From an uncultured virus (IMG/VR IMGVR_UViG_3300025621_000004) (taxonomy: Duplodnaviria; Heunggongvirae; Uroviricota; Caudoviricetes): a DNA stretch of 20,000 nucleotides. This document shows, piece by piece, positions 9,220 through 17,541 of the stretch. The stretch lies in the IMG/VR virus record IMGVR_UViG_3300025621_000004, one strand, 5' to 3'. The translations under genes were made by a program, and so were the position numbers. The notes beneath the pieces are model-generated. The model searched no databases. It worked only from the letters and a program-made list of their open reading frames with translations, and was not told the origin of the DNA. Position 1 is the stretch's first letter. Every line of letters starts with the position of its first letter.

Positions 9220-9629
9220 CACCATTTGACTTTCTAAAGAGTATCAACACTTCTAGCCCAAGCCTTCTAAAGGATTGTAAAGCTGATGATAGCGAAGTTG
9301 CGTTAAGTGTCGATTCTCCATGTAAGCAGTATGTGCCATTTATTGTAAACCGTGGGCTGTCGCAGTTCAATGATACTATTCTATTCGCGAATGAAATGAA
9401 TATGCGGCATAGTCTTCCTGCGAAAATGCAATACGATTTTCTAAGGACTACCATCCGCCCTCGCAAACGCTTTACAAAATGGGCAAAGAAAGCAAAAGAT
9501 CCTGCTGACATTAAACTAATTCAAGAAGCGTATAACTATTCTTATGAGAAAGCTGAACAGGTCTATAGTTTGTTTACTCCAACTGCATTAAAGAAACTAA
9601 GAAGCTCTTTAGATAAAGGAGGAATGTAG
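9204..9629 (+). CDS. gp62: Clamp loader small subunit, T4 gp62 homolog
   Basis: PFDFLKSIN, YVPFIVNRGLS, ANEMN, QYDFL, RKRFTKWAK, final KGG; synteny. Confidence 0.92.
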   Translation: MADKLTPFDFLKSINTSSPSLLKDCKADDSEVALSVDSPCKQYVPFIVNRGLSQFNDTILFANEMNMRHSLPAKMQYDFLRTTIRPRKRFTKWAKKAKDPADIKLIQEAYNYSYEKAEQVYSLFTPTALKKLRSSLDKGGM

Positions 9630-9647
9630 AGTCAAAATCTGTAATGT

Positions 9648-9655
9648 TATAAATA
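9648..9655 (+). promoter_or_regulatory. T4-type late promoter upstream of regA
   Basis: Exact TATAAATA in the intergenic region. Confidence 0.65.
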
Positions 9656-9689
9656 CTATCTTTACGATGTAACTTATAATATTGCAACT

Positions 9690-10112
9690 ATGATTGAACA
9701 AGAACTGGTTTCCTGGACTCCGGCCGACATGTTAGAGATATCTCTCGACGAGCCTGATGACTTCCTTAAAATTAAAGAAACACTGACGCGAATCGGTATC
9801 TCTTCGAAGAAAGAGCACAACACACTATATCAGAGTTGTCATATACTTCATAAACAAGGAAGGTATTTCATTGTTCACTTTAAGGAGTTATTCATGTTAG
9901 ATGGAAAGCCTTCAAACTTTACTCTAGACGATGTAGCTCGCCGCAATTCAATCACTACTCTATTATCTGATTGGGGACTTCTGACTATTGTCGATCTGAG
10001 CAAGGCTGAAGAAAAGACAACTCTTCGACATATCAAGATCATTTCTCATCGCGACAAACGTGAGTGGCAGTTAGAATCAAAATATTCTATTGGAAACGTT
10101 AGGAGTTCATAG
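9690..10112 (+). CDS. regA: Translational repressor RegA
   Basis: PDDFLKIKETLTRIGI…LYQSCHILHKQGRYFIVHFKELF.LDGK signature. Confidence 0.96.
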   Translation: MIEQELVSWTPADMLEISLDEPDDFLKIKETLTRIGISSKKEHNTLYQSCHILHKQGRYFIVHFKELFMLDGKPSNFTLDDVARRNSITTLLSDWGLLTIVDLSKAEEKTTLRHIKIISHRDKREWQLESKYSIGNVRSS

Positions 10113-10499
10113 ATGAAAGCGTATTTCAAGACAGATCTAGAAGCGACAGTTTCAGGTTATTTTAATGGTAACAAATTCATTCGTACAGTTACGCTATTAG
10201 AAGATTTGGTATTCTATACAAAGTCAGGTGATTCTATCACTGTTCCTAAGGGGTTTGAGAGTGATGGAGCGAGTGTGCCTAAGGTATTCTGGTCAGCCTT
10301 TCCACCATTTGACACATATCTACCTGCAGCGGTCGTACACGATATTCTATGTGTACAAGGTCATAGCGATAAGTGTTTATATACCTCTAGAGAAGCAGCT
10401 GATATTTTCTATGAAGCAATGCGGGCATGTGGAGTTGGAATAACTAAAGCACGAATGATGTATTATGCAGTAAGATATTTCGGTCCTAAATGGAAATAA
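10113..10499 (+). CDS. DUF1353 family protein
   Basis: ITVPKGFESDGASVP…AAVVHD…AADIF.EAM…AVR.FG pattern. Confidence 0.85.
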   Translation: MKAYFKTDLEATVSGYFNGNKFIRTVTLLEDLVFYTKSGDSITVPKGFESDGASVPKVFWSAFPPFDTYLPAAVVHDILCVQGHSDKCLYTSREAADIFYEAMRACGVGITKARMMYYAVRYFGPKWK

Positions 10500-10522
10500 A
10501 CTAAAATCAAACTTCAAATTAA

Positions 10523-10530
10523 TATAAATA
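10523..10530 (+). promoter_or_regulatory. T4-type late promoter
   Basis: TATAAATA followed after 5 nt by ATG 10536. Confidence 0.75.
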
Positions 10531-10535
10531 ACAAT

Positions 10536-11036
10536 ATGAAAGATCTTATTAACACATCACTAAATATACTCACCGAAGGTTCTCTTCAAGAAAAACTGTT
10601 TAGATCAACAGGAGCTCTTGCTCCTTCTATCAGTAAAGCTGCTTCTGAATTCATGAAGAATAACAAGAAGATGAGCACTCGTGAGGAATTTGATAAAGCA
10701 TGGAAAAAGGACGTAAGCAGATTCAACGATACTATCGTTAACGAAATCTTTAAGAAGATTCCAAAAGATGACATTGTATATATTACTACTAATGTATCAA
10801 AGGTGAAATGGAGCGAGAACTCCAAGCTGCAAGGCAAAGTAATACTTAACGGCGATGTGTATGTCAACATTGGCATCAAAGATGACGTTAATGGTAAACC
10901 ACTCGGTAAGAAAGTAAAGGGATGGATTAATCCCGCAGTCGGCGTTGAAGATGAAGTGTACGGAGACTTTCAATCCGACCTGCCCCAAAATATCGAGTTA
11001 AAGGACACAAATCTAGGATTCATTATTGAAGATTAG
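10536..11036 (+). CDS. Hypothetical late protein, possibly head-internal
   Basis: 166-aa Lys-rich ORF behind a late promoter; N-terminal ILTE/SLQE resemble prohead-protease (L/I-x-E) sites. Confidence 0.7.
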   Translation: MKDLINTSLNILTEGSLQEKLFRSTGALAPSISKAASEFMKNNKKMSTREEFDKAWKKDVSRFNDTIVNEIFKKIPKDDIVYITTNVSKVKWSENSKLQGKVILNGDVYVNIGIKDDVNGKPLGKKVKGWINPAVGVEDEVYGDFQSDLPQNIELKDTNLGFIIED

Positions 11037-11045
11037 ATAGCAAAT

Positions 11046-11984
11046 ATGGCTTGGCAAAATATACCTAATAATCCATATTGGCAGTATGACGACGCTCCAC
11101 TTGACCCAGGTGGGGCAGAAACTGCGCTGTGGGCGACTAGCAAGAACGGTGTTCGCACAAGTGTCAGAGGCGAGCAGATCTATGTCAATTGTAGACATAC
11201 ACCTCTACATCCAACACAAGATTCTTTTCCAAATGAAATAAATAAAACATTTTGGATTGGAGTCGAACCTACTGGTATCATTCTCATTGACGAACTTGAC
11301 GGCACCGCTGAAGGTACGACGTTGACCGTAGCGCCCACAGGACGTGCCGCACGTGGTGTTACTAACTGGCAAAAAGGCGAAAATAGCGCTTGGAGTCTCG
11401 GAGTAGGGGATACATGGCTTTATAATACCAGCAATGTAGCTGGTAATACAAGTGATGGTGCTATGGCAAAGATTATTAATCTAAGTGGCCACGGATTGTC
11501 AACTGAGAACCAACTTCAGATCAACATGACTTATAGCGCTTGGGATAATATCCCACCCTATGATGATTCCACAGAGATTGAGGTCTACGTTCATGTATGG
11601 GGCTTGGTTGACAAAGGTTCGACCGATACATCAGGTGTCGCAAACTTACTTTCCCAAAACGGAAATGTGTGGGCGGCTTCCGGCTCCCTCGACGTGTTCG
11701 ATATTTATAATTTAGGGAATGGCACCAAATTTACAACCGGTTTCGCCGTTGATGGCGGTGCAGGTGTAGCAGCAATCCAATTAACGCCCACACAAGACAC
11801 TGGAACTTCACTTATTGGAGATGCGGTGGCTTACTCCACTACAATTGATCTCAGCGGATATAGTTTGGACACACTTGCGCAGTATGATTATGTTGTGATC
11901 GGCATTGCTAAAAACAGCACCAGCGCATCCGACAGACAGTTTGCGATCCACGACATTAAGGTCATTGCTAGCACAGGTGCATAA
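11046..11984 (+). CDS. Hypothetical protein, putative virion-associated beta-rich protein
   Basis: 312 aa, rich in G/T/S/N/D/W; probably co-transcribed from the late promoter at 10523. Confidence 0.7.
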   Translation: MAWQNIPNNPYWQYDDAPLDPGGAETALWATSKNGVRTSVRGEQIYVNCRHTPLHPTQDSFPNEINKTFWIGVEPTGIILIDELDGTAEGTTLTVAPTGRAARGVTNWQKGENSAWSLGVGDTWLYNTSNVAGNTSDGAMAKIINLSGHGLSTENQLQINMTYSAWDNIPPYDDSTEIEVYVHVWGLVDKGSTDTSGVANLLSQNGNVWAASGSLDVFDIYNLGNGTKFTTGFAVDGGAGVAAIQLTPTQDTGTSLIGDAVAYSTTIDLSGYSLDTLAQYDYVVIGIAKNSTSASDRQFAIHDIKVIASTGA

Positions 11985-11993
11985 GAAGTATAA

Positions 11994-12089
11994 TATAAAT
12001 AAACTTTTAAGGTAACACGCTGTTACTTTAAATGAGATGCCCTCGGGGTCTCACAACAACATAACCCTGCCTAATAGGAGGAACAATAA
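11994..12089 (+). promoter_or_regulatory. Late promoter plus structured hsp20 5' UTR (candidate RNA thermometer)
   Basis: TATAAATA 11994-12001; hairpins 12006-12032 and 12033-12053; CCTGCCT-AAT-AGGAGG 12066-12081 pairs over the Shine-Dalgarno. Confidence 0.65.
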
Positions 12090-12530
12090 ATGACACAATA
12101 CACAATCCCACGTTCGTGGACAATTGGTTTTGATTCTATCTTTGATAGACTTGAAAGCACTCAATCAAACAACTCGACTTATCCGCCTCACAATGTAGTG
12201 AAGCACAGTGATACGAGTTTTGAAATAGCACTAGCTGTTGCTGGTTTTAAAGACAAAGACCTTGATGTAACACTCGAAAAGAGTATCCTTACGATTGAAG
12301 GTGACAATGTATCGCTCAATGGCGATAAAGAATATATCCATAAGGGTATTGCTACACGCAAGTTCAAGAAGCAATTTGATCTTGCTGAGCACATTAGAGT
12401 AGAACACGTTAGTATTACTGATGGTATTCTCTCGGTGTATCTTGAAAAAGAGGTACCAGAAGAACTTCAGCCTAAGAAGTTTACAATTCTTCAAGCGGCT
12501 CCTGGCGATCCAGAGTTCTTGACTGAATAA
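12090..12530 (+). CDS. hsp20: Small heat shock protein (Hsp20/IbpA-like)
   Basis: IGFD, YPPHNVVK, IALAVAGF, YIHKGIATRKF, DGILSVYLEKEVPEE. Confidence 0.95.
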   Translation: MTQYTIPRSWTIGFDSIFDRLESTQSNNSTYPPHNVVKHSDTSFEIALAVAGFKDKDLDVTLEKSILTIEGDNVSLNGDKEYIHKGIATRKFKKQFDLAEHIRVEHVSITDGILSVYLEKEVPEELQPKKFTILQAAPGDPEFLTE

Positions 12531-12536
12531 ACACTT

Positions 12537-12576
12537 AAGGTCTTTCCCTCTTTCACCTAAAGTAAAGGGGACTTTT
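12537..12576 (+). terminator. Probable terminator after hsp20 (imperfect stem)
   Basis: Pyrimidine arm GTCTTTCCCTCTTT and purine arm AAAGGGGAC followed by TTTT. Confidence 0.5.
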
Positions 12577-12599
12577 GTGGTTTTGAAAACAATTACTTG

Positions 12600-12607
12600 T
12601 ATAAATA
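12600..12607 (+). promoter_or_regulatory. T4-type late promoter
   Basis: Exact TATAAATA upstream of ORF 12660. Confidence 0.7.
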
Positions 12608-12659
12608 TAGTAATATATGGCAAGCATTCTAGCTAAGTGCCATAATAACTAATTTAATT

Positions 12660-13487
12660 ATGGCCATTTGGAATAAGATAGAGCAATTGCTCAACCGTAA
12701 CAACACGGAGCAGTATGAAGTTATCATGCTGGCAGACAAAGACGGTAACATCATTAACACCTTTGGTGCTGCATCTAATATCCCGATCGCCGCAGGTGAA
12801 GTTACTGGATACTCTGATGTTCATAAGTTCGGAATGGTTAATGGTAATTCTGGCAGCGCTTGGACAACTGTTTGGAGTGCAGCAGATACCGCCGAGACAA
12901 AACTATACCCTTGGGAAACAGCAGCTGGAACGTTAAGTGTTGTCTCATCATCAGGCGATGATACAGATGGAGGTGCTGGTACTCACACAATTACGGTTTA
13001 CGGACTTGATACAGACTATAATGAAGTAAGCGAAACCTTTACGTTGAGTGGCGAAACTGAAACAGCAGAAGGACTTGTTGTATTTCATAGAGTATACAGA
13101 GCTAAGGTTTCTTCAGGAAGTACAAACGTTGGTAGACTTGGTGTCTTCAATGGTACCGCTCTAGTAGCTGAGATTGCTCCCGAAATGGGACAAACACAGA
13201 TGTGTATCTATACTATTCCTGCAGGAAAGACTGGATATCTCACGCGATTAGGTGCATCAAGTTCAAAGAACATCTCAACAACCGTATCTTTATTTCAGAG
13301 ACCTCACTTAGAAACCTTTCACTTGACAGCTAGTGCAATGGCGCTTTATCAAAACTCACAGACTATCGATTTTGATGTACCGCTTGCATTTGCTGAAAAA
13401 ACAGATTTAGACCTGAGGCAAGTCGGCGCTGCTAATAACGTAATTGCTGCAGATTTCGATATCATTCTAGTAGATAACCCAGTTTAA
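12660..13487 (+). CDS. Hypothetical protein, putative structural protein
   Basis: 275 aa, beta-rich; VHKFG…YPW…SSSGDDT…GQTQMCIYTIPAGKTGYL resembles a family common in aquatic phages; late promoter upstream. Confidence 0.75.
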   Translation: MAIWNKIEQLLNRNNTEQYEVIMLADKDGNIINTFGAASNIPIAAGEVTGYSDVHKFGMVNGNSGSAWTTVWSAADTAETKLYPWETAAGTLSVVSSSGDDTDGGAGTHTITVYGLDTDYNEVSETFTLSGETETAEGLVVFHRVYRAKVSSGSTNVGRLGVFNGTALVAEIAPEMGQTQMCIYTIPAGKTGYLTRLGASSSKNISTTVSLFQRPHLETFHLTASAMALYQNSQTIDFDVPLAFAEKTDLDLRQVGAANNVIAADFDIILVDNPV

Positions 13488-13497
13488 GATTTTAGTG

Positions 13498-13526
13498 TTT
13501 ACATGCCACTCATTCTGTGGTATAAT
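13498..13526 (+). promoter_or_regulatory. Sigma70/T4-early-type promoter of gp43
   Basis: (G)TTTACA 13498-13503, 17 bp, TGTGG-TATAAT 13521-13526; ATG at 13533. Confidence 0.85.
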
Positions 13527-13532
13527 TACATT

Positions 13533-16007
13533 ATGATATTAAGCGGATTCTACACAAGCGTCGAGCGATTCGGCAACAAACTCCTTTATCGTGGTTACGA
13601 TGCAAATGGCAAAAAGGTTTCTCATAGGATAGCGTATAAGCCAACGTTATATCTTAAGTCTAAAAAGACCGACACTGACTGGAAAGCTCTCGATGGAACA
13701 CCAGTCGAACCTTTACAATTCGGCAATATGGCTGAAGTAAAAGAATTTGAGAAGACTTATAGTGGTGTTCCAGATTTTAAGTTATACGGCAACACACGTC
13801 ATATTCCAGCATTCATTCAGAATCAGTTTCCAAATGAGATAGCGTATAGTCGTAATATGGTCGATGTCGTATCCTTAGATATTGAAACATCGTATGGTGA
13901 TGGGTTTCCTGAAGTGGATAACCCAATGAATCAGATTCTTACTATTGCCCTAAAGAGCTCAAAGGATGATACGTATCGAGTATGGGGAATGAAGCCATAC
14001 GATGAACTTAGTACTCAACTAAAACACCTTAAGATCGATTATCGACAGTTCACTGCTGAATCATCGATGCTTACTGCCTTCATCGACTTTTGGGCTAATC
14101 CTGAAAATACACCTGATATCATTACTGGTTGGAATACACGCTTCTTTGATATTCCTTATATGGTTGCTCGCATGTCGTTTCTCCTTGGCGAAGAGAAGGT
14201 GCGTGAATTATCACCTTGGAAAAAGATTGATCGCAAAGAGATTTTTATTAAAGGTCGTCAGCAAGTTACATTTGACTTGATGGGTATTCAGCACCTTGAC
14301 TATATGGAACTCTTTAAGAAGTTCGCATACACGTATGGCAATCAAGAGTCATACTCGCTAAATCATATTTCAAGTGTTGTGCTTGGAGAAAAGAAGTTAG
14401 ACTATTCTGAGATTGGTACATTACGTGATCTATACGATGCTGACTTTCAAATGTTTGTTGACTACAATATCAAAGATGTTGAGCTAATAGATCGAATGGA
14501 AGAGAAGCTTGGCCTTATCACATTGGTATTGACTATGGCATATCTCGGAGGAGTTAACTATACCGACACTCTTGGTACCACCGCGATATGGGATTCGATT
14601 ATCTTTCGTCGACTAGCACGTTCTCGAATTGCCGTTGTTCCAGGTGAAAAACATCCTGCGCAACCATTTCCAGGTGGGTATGTGAAAGATCCTCATGTAG
14701 GAATGCATGATTGGGTTATGTCGTTCGATTTGAATTCACTATATCCCAATCTCATTGTGCAATACAACATGTCACCTGAAACTCTTATGCGAGAGCCAGG
14801 CGCTGTAGGTGCTACTGCGTCGAACGGTGCAGTATTTCGTAAAGACAAGAAAGGCATTATTCCTGAAATTGTCGAAGAGTTGTATGCTAAACGTGTAGAC
14901 ATTAAACAGGATATGTTGACAGCAAAGCATAAGTTAGAAACGATCTCTAAACACGAGAAATATGAATATAATCAAACAGTTGGCCAAGTAGCACGACTCG
15001 AAACTCTACAGACTGCTATTAAGATTCTACTAAATAGTTTATATGGTGCTCTTGGAAATCGCTACTTCCGCTACTTTGATATTCAAGTTGCATCAGCAGT
15101 TACTCTTACTGGACAAGAAGTTATTAAATATGCTGAAACCAAAGTGAATAAATATCTCGATGAATTCATTGGCGAGCCTAAGGATCGTGTTATCGCAATG
15201 GATACTGATTCTCTCTACATAGGAGTAAAAGACATCGTTGATAAGTTTAAGCCAAAGAACACCGTTGCCTTTCTTGATGAGATTGGTTCTAAAGCAATTG
15301 AGCCTATGCTTGAAAAAGCCTTTGATGAATTTGCTGAAAGAACTAATGCGTATTCAAATCGTATGGTTATGAAGAGAGAAGCTATTGCTGATCGTGGTAT
15401 TTGGACTGCGAAGAAGCGATACATCCTCAACGTTCATAATAACGAAGGTGTTCAATACGCCGAGCCAAAGATCAAGATCATGGGAATTGAAGCAGTTAAG
15501 TCTTCTACACCTCAAGCGTGTCGTAGTGCAATGAATGAAATGTTTAAGATCATTGTAACAGGTGACGAAGATAAGACACAAGCAGCAATCGCAACATTCA
15601 AAGATCACTTTAAAACGTTATCGCCTGATAAGGTTGCCTTCCCTCGAGGAGTAACCGATGTTCGAGGATATGCCGATAACCAATTAATCTATCGTAAAGG
15701 CACCCCGATTCATTCTCGAGGTTCTCTCTTATATAACCACTATCTAAAAGCGAATGGCTTAGACAAGAAATACCAACTTATTCAAAGCGGTGATAAGATT
15801 AAGTTCGTATATTTGTTAATTCCAAACTCGATTCAAGAGAATGTCATTAGCTTTCCTGATCACTTACCAGACGAATTAGGTCTACATAAATATATAGACT
15901 ACAACCTACAATTCAAAAAAGCATTCCTCGATCCTATTGATATTATCCTGAATGCTATCGGATGGCACGCTGAGCCTCAAGCTGATTTACAACAGTTCTT
16001 CTTTTAG
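13533..16007 (+). CDS. gp43: DNA polymerase, family B, T4 gp43 homolog
   Basis: ExoI DIET, ExoII GWNTRFFDIPY, ExoIII YNIKDV, motif A SFDLNSLYP, motif B KILLNSLYG, motif C MDTDS, KKRY; start moved to 13533 because ATG 13503 lies in the -35 box. Confidence 0.97.
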   Translation: MILSGFYTSVERFGNKLLYRGYDANGKKVSHRIAYKPTLYLKSKKTDTDWKALDGTPVEPLQFGNMAEVKEFEKTYSGVPDFKLYGNTRHIPAFIQNQFPNEIAYSRNMVDVVSLDIETSYGDGFPEVDNPMNQILTIALKSSKDDTYRVWGMKPYDELSTQLKHLKIDYRQFTAESSMLTAFIDFWANPENTPDIITGWNTRFFDIPYMVARMSFLLGEEKVRELSPWKKIDRKEIFIKGRQQVTFDLMGIQHLDYMELFKKFAYTYGNQESYSLNHISSVVLGEKKLDYSEIGTLRDLYDADFQMFVDYNIKDVELIDRMEEKLGLITLVLTMAYLGGVNYTDTLGTTAIWDSIIFRRLARSRIAVVPGEKHPAQPFPGGYVKDPHVGMHDWVMSFDLNSLYPNLIVQYNMSPETLMREPGAVGATASNGAVFRKDKKGIIPEIVEELYAKRVDIKQDMLTAKHKLETISKHEKYEYNQTVGQVARLETLQTAIKILLNSLYGALGNRYFRYFDIQVASAVTLTGQEVIKYAETKVNKYLDEFIGEPKDRVIAMDTDSLYIGVKDIVDKFKPKNTVAFLDEIGSKAIEPMLEKAFDEFAERTNAYSNRMVMKREAIADRGIWTAKKRYILNVHNNEGVQYAEPKIKIMGIEAVKSSTPQACRSAMNEMFKIIVTGDEDKTQAAIATFKDHFKTLSPDKVAFPRGVTDVRGYADNQLIYRKGTPIHSRGSLLYNHYLKANGLDKKYQLIQSGDKIKFVYLLIPNSIQENVISFPDHLPDELGLHKYIDYNLQFKKAFLDPIDIILNAIGWHAEPQADLQQFFF

Positions 16008-16009
16008 AG

Positions 16010-16038
16010 TTTACACATCAGCAAATACATGATATAAT
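16010..16038 (+). promoter_or_regulatory. Sigma70/T4-early-type promoter
   Basis: (G)TTTACA 16010-16015, 17 bp, TGA-TATAAT 16033-16038; ATG at 16046. Confidence 0.8.
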
Positions 16039-16045
16039 ATAGATT

Positions 16046-16471
16046 ATGAGTACAGACTGGACCAAAGATATAAATGACATGCACACAAAATACGGTGTGC
16101 GAGATGCAGTGAAGAATTTCGATAGTGTTATGCTACGACAGTTCCTTCGCTTTCGAGTTGACTTCCTTCGAGAAGAACTCAATGAAACAGAGGAGGCAAT
16201 GGAATCAGATAAACCAATTGACTGCGAAGAAGTCGTTGATGGTTTGATTGATCTATGTGTTGTCGCTATCGGTACACTTGATGCCTTCGGTGTAGATCCA
16301 TACAAAGCATGGAATCAAGTGCATTCAGCAAACATGGCCAAAGAAGTAGGAATCAAAGAAGGTCGAAATAATCCATTAGGGTTACCAGATCTGTGCAAGC
16401 CGAGCGGATGGGAAGCTCCAGATCATAGTGGCAACCACGGTCTATTGAGGAACATCAACGGTAAAGTATAA
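16046..16471 (+). CDS. MazG-like all-alpha NTP pyrophosphohydrolase (DR2231/PRA-PH-like)
   Basis: LREELNE…EEVVDGLIDL…VHSANMAK…KPSGWEAP; EExxE…ExxD acidic metal-binding motif. Confidence 0.85.
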   Translation: MSTDWTKDINDMHTKYGVRDAVKNFDSVMLRQFLRFRVDFLREELNETEEAMESDKPIDCEEVVDGLIDLCVVAIGTLDAFGVDPYKAWNQVHSANMAKEVGIKEGRNNPLGLPDLCKPSGWEAPDHSGNHGLLRNINGKV

Positions 16472-17412
16472 TGGAATATTCGCTAACAATCTTCAGCTCG
16501 ATTTTCGATAATAAAACACATCGAAAAATGACTTTCTCTACATGGGACAAGTTCGAGGAGTTGATGTATTCGTTAAGCAAACAGCCAGGCTACAAGCCAA
16601 AGAAAGGTGAGAGGAAAAACGGTTCAGCGCTCATCACGCCAGCGACATACGAAAATGGAACAACACGCGCCAATGTGAATGTTAAATCCTGGGCTGGATG
16701 GGTTGCTATTGATGTCGATGAATATGAAGGCACCTTTGAGGATGCAATAAAGACATTTAAGAGCTTTCAGTTCTTATGTTATAGTTCAGCATCGTCAACG
16801 TTAGAAAAACCAAAGTTCAGAATCATCTTCCCTCTCACGAAACAAGTAGGATCCGATAAGATTAAGCATCTTTGGTTTGCGGTAAATAAAGAATTCAATT
16901 CACTCGGTGATCCGCAAACCAAAGATCTGTCTCGCATGTACTATATTCCTGCGCAGTATCCTAACGCCAACAATTTCATCTTTACACATTCGGCACCAAT
17001 TCTAGATCCTGATGAGTTGATGGGCAAGCACGAGTTTGTAAGCAATACTAATAACTCGTTTAGTAGTAAGTTTCCTGAAGCAGTGCAAAAGGAGCTCGAT
17101 GCATATCGTAAAACCAAACTCACAAACACGAGTTACAGTTGGACGTCTTATCATAACTGCCCATTTGTGAATAAGACTCTAGTGAGTGAGTATCGAACTA
17201 TTGGTGAAGCTGGTTGGTATACTAAGCTCTATCAGATTATGATGAGTATCGCTGCCAATGCCATCCGCCGTGGATATCCAATCACTTCAGAGGAGGTTGA
17301 GAGGCTAGTACGAGAGATTGATATGGATACCGGCGGATGGTACAAAAGCCGCCCAGTGAGGCTTGAGGCGGCCAGAGCAGTCGATTATGCGCTAAGAAGT
17401 GTGAATAATTAG
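16471..17412 (+). CDS. AEP-superfamily primase/prim-pol-like protein
   Basis: WVAIDVD (motif I DxD), YSSASS…PKFRIIFPL, D…KDLSRMYYIP, helical C-terminal domain; TAATG coupling to the upstream gene. Confidence 0.7.
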   Translation: MEYSLTIFSSIFDNKTHRKMTFSTWDKFEELMYSLSKQPGYKPKKGERKNGSALITPATYENGTTRANVNVKSWAGWVAIDVDEYEGTFEDAIKTFKSFQFLCYSSASSTLEKPKFRIIFPLTKQVGSDKIKHLWFAVNKEFNSLGDPQTKDLSRMYYIPAQYPNANNFIFTHSAPILDPDELMGKHEFVSNTNNSFSSKFPEAVQKELDAYRKTKLTNTSYSWTSYHNCPFVNKTLVSEYRTIGEAGWYTKLYQIMMSIAANAIRRGYPITSEEVERLVREIDMDTGGWYKSRPVRLEAARAVDYALRSVNN

Positions 17413-17541
17413 CCTACATTTTGCAATTTTTTAAGCTGTTTTCCAGAGAAAGTCATAAGTTGTTGGTTGTCAATGGTATATACCTATGTACAATATACGC
17501 CAAATATGGTATAATATATCTATAACCAACCAATAAAGATT
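17413..17541 (+). promoter_or_regulatory. Repeated early promoter module, copy 3
   Basis: CAATTTT at 17424; TAAGTTGTTGGTT 17456-17468; -35 TGTACA 17487-17492; 17 bp; TGG-TATAAT 17510-17515; 57/61 identity to copy 2 over 17489-17549. Confidence 0.85.

Noticed and set aside
9661..9680. TTTACG…TATAAT as a sigma70 promoter for regA
   Set aside because: Spacer is only 8 bp
3080..12936. Alternative-frame + strand ORFs (3080-3331, 3713-3913, 6086-6304, 10228-10443, 12715-12936)
   Set aside because: Nested in or largely overlapping longer genes, no protein motifs; 3080 begins inside a promoter
13503..13532. Track start for gp43, and similarly extended starts at 6674, 7701, 17648, 19103 and 19380
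   Set aside because: The extensions overlap promoter boxes, hairpins or upstream genes; downstream ATGs fit better
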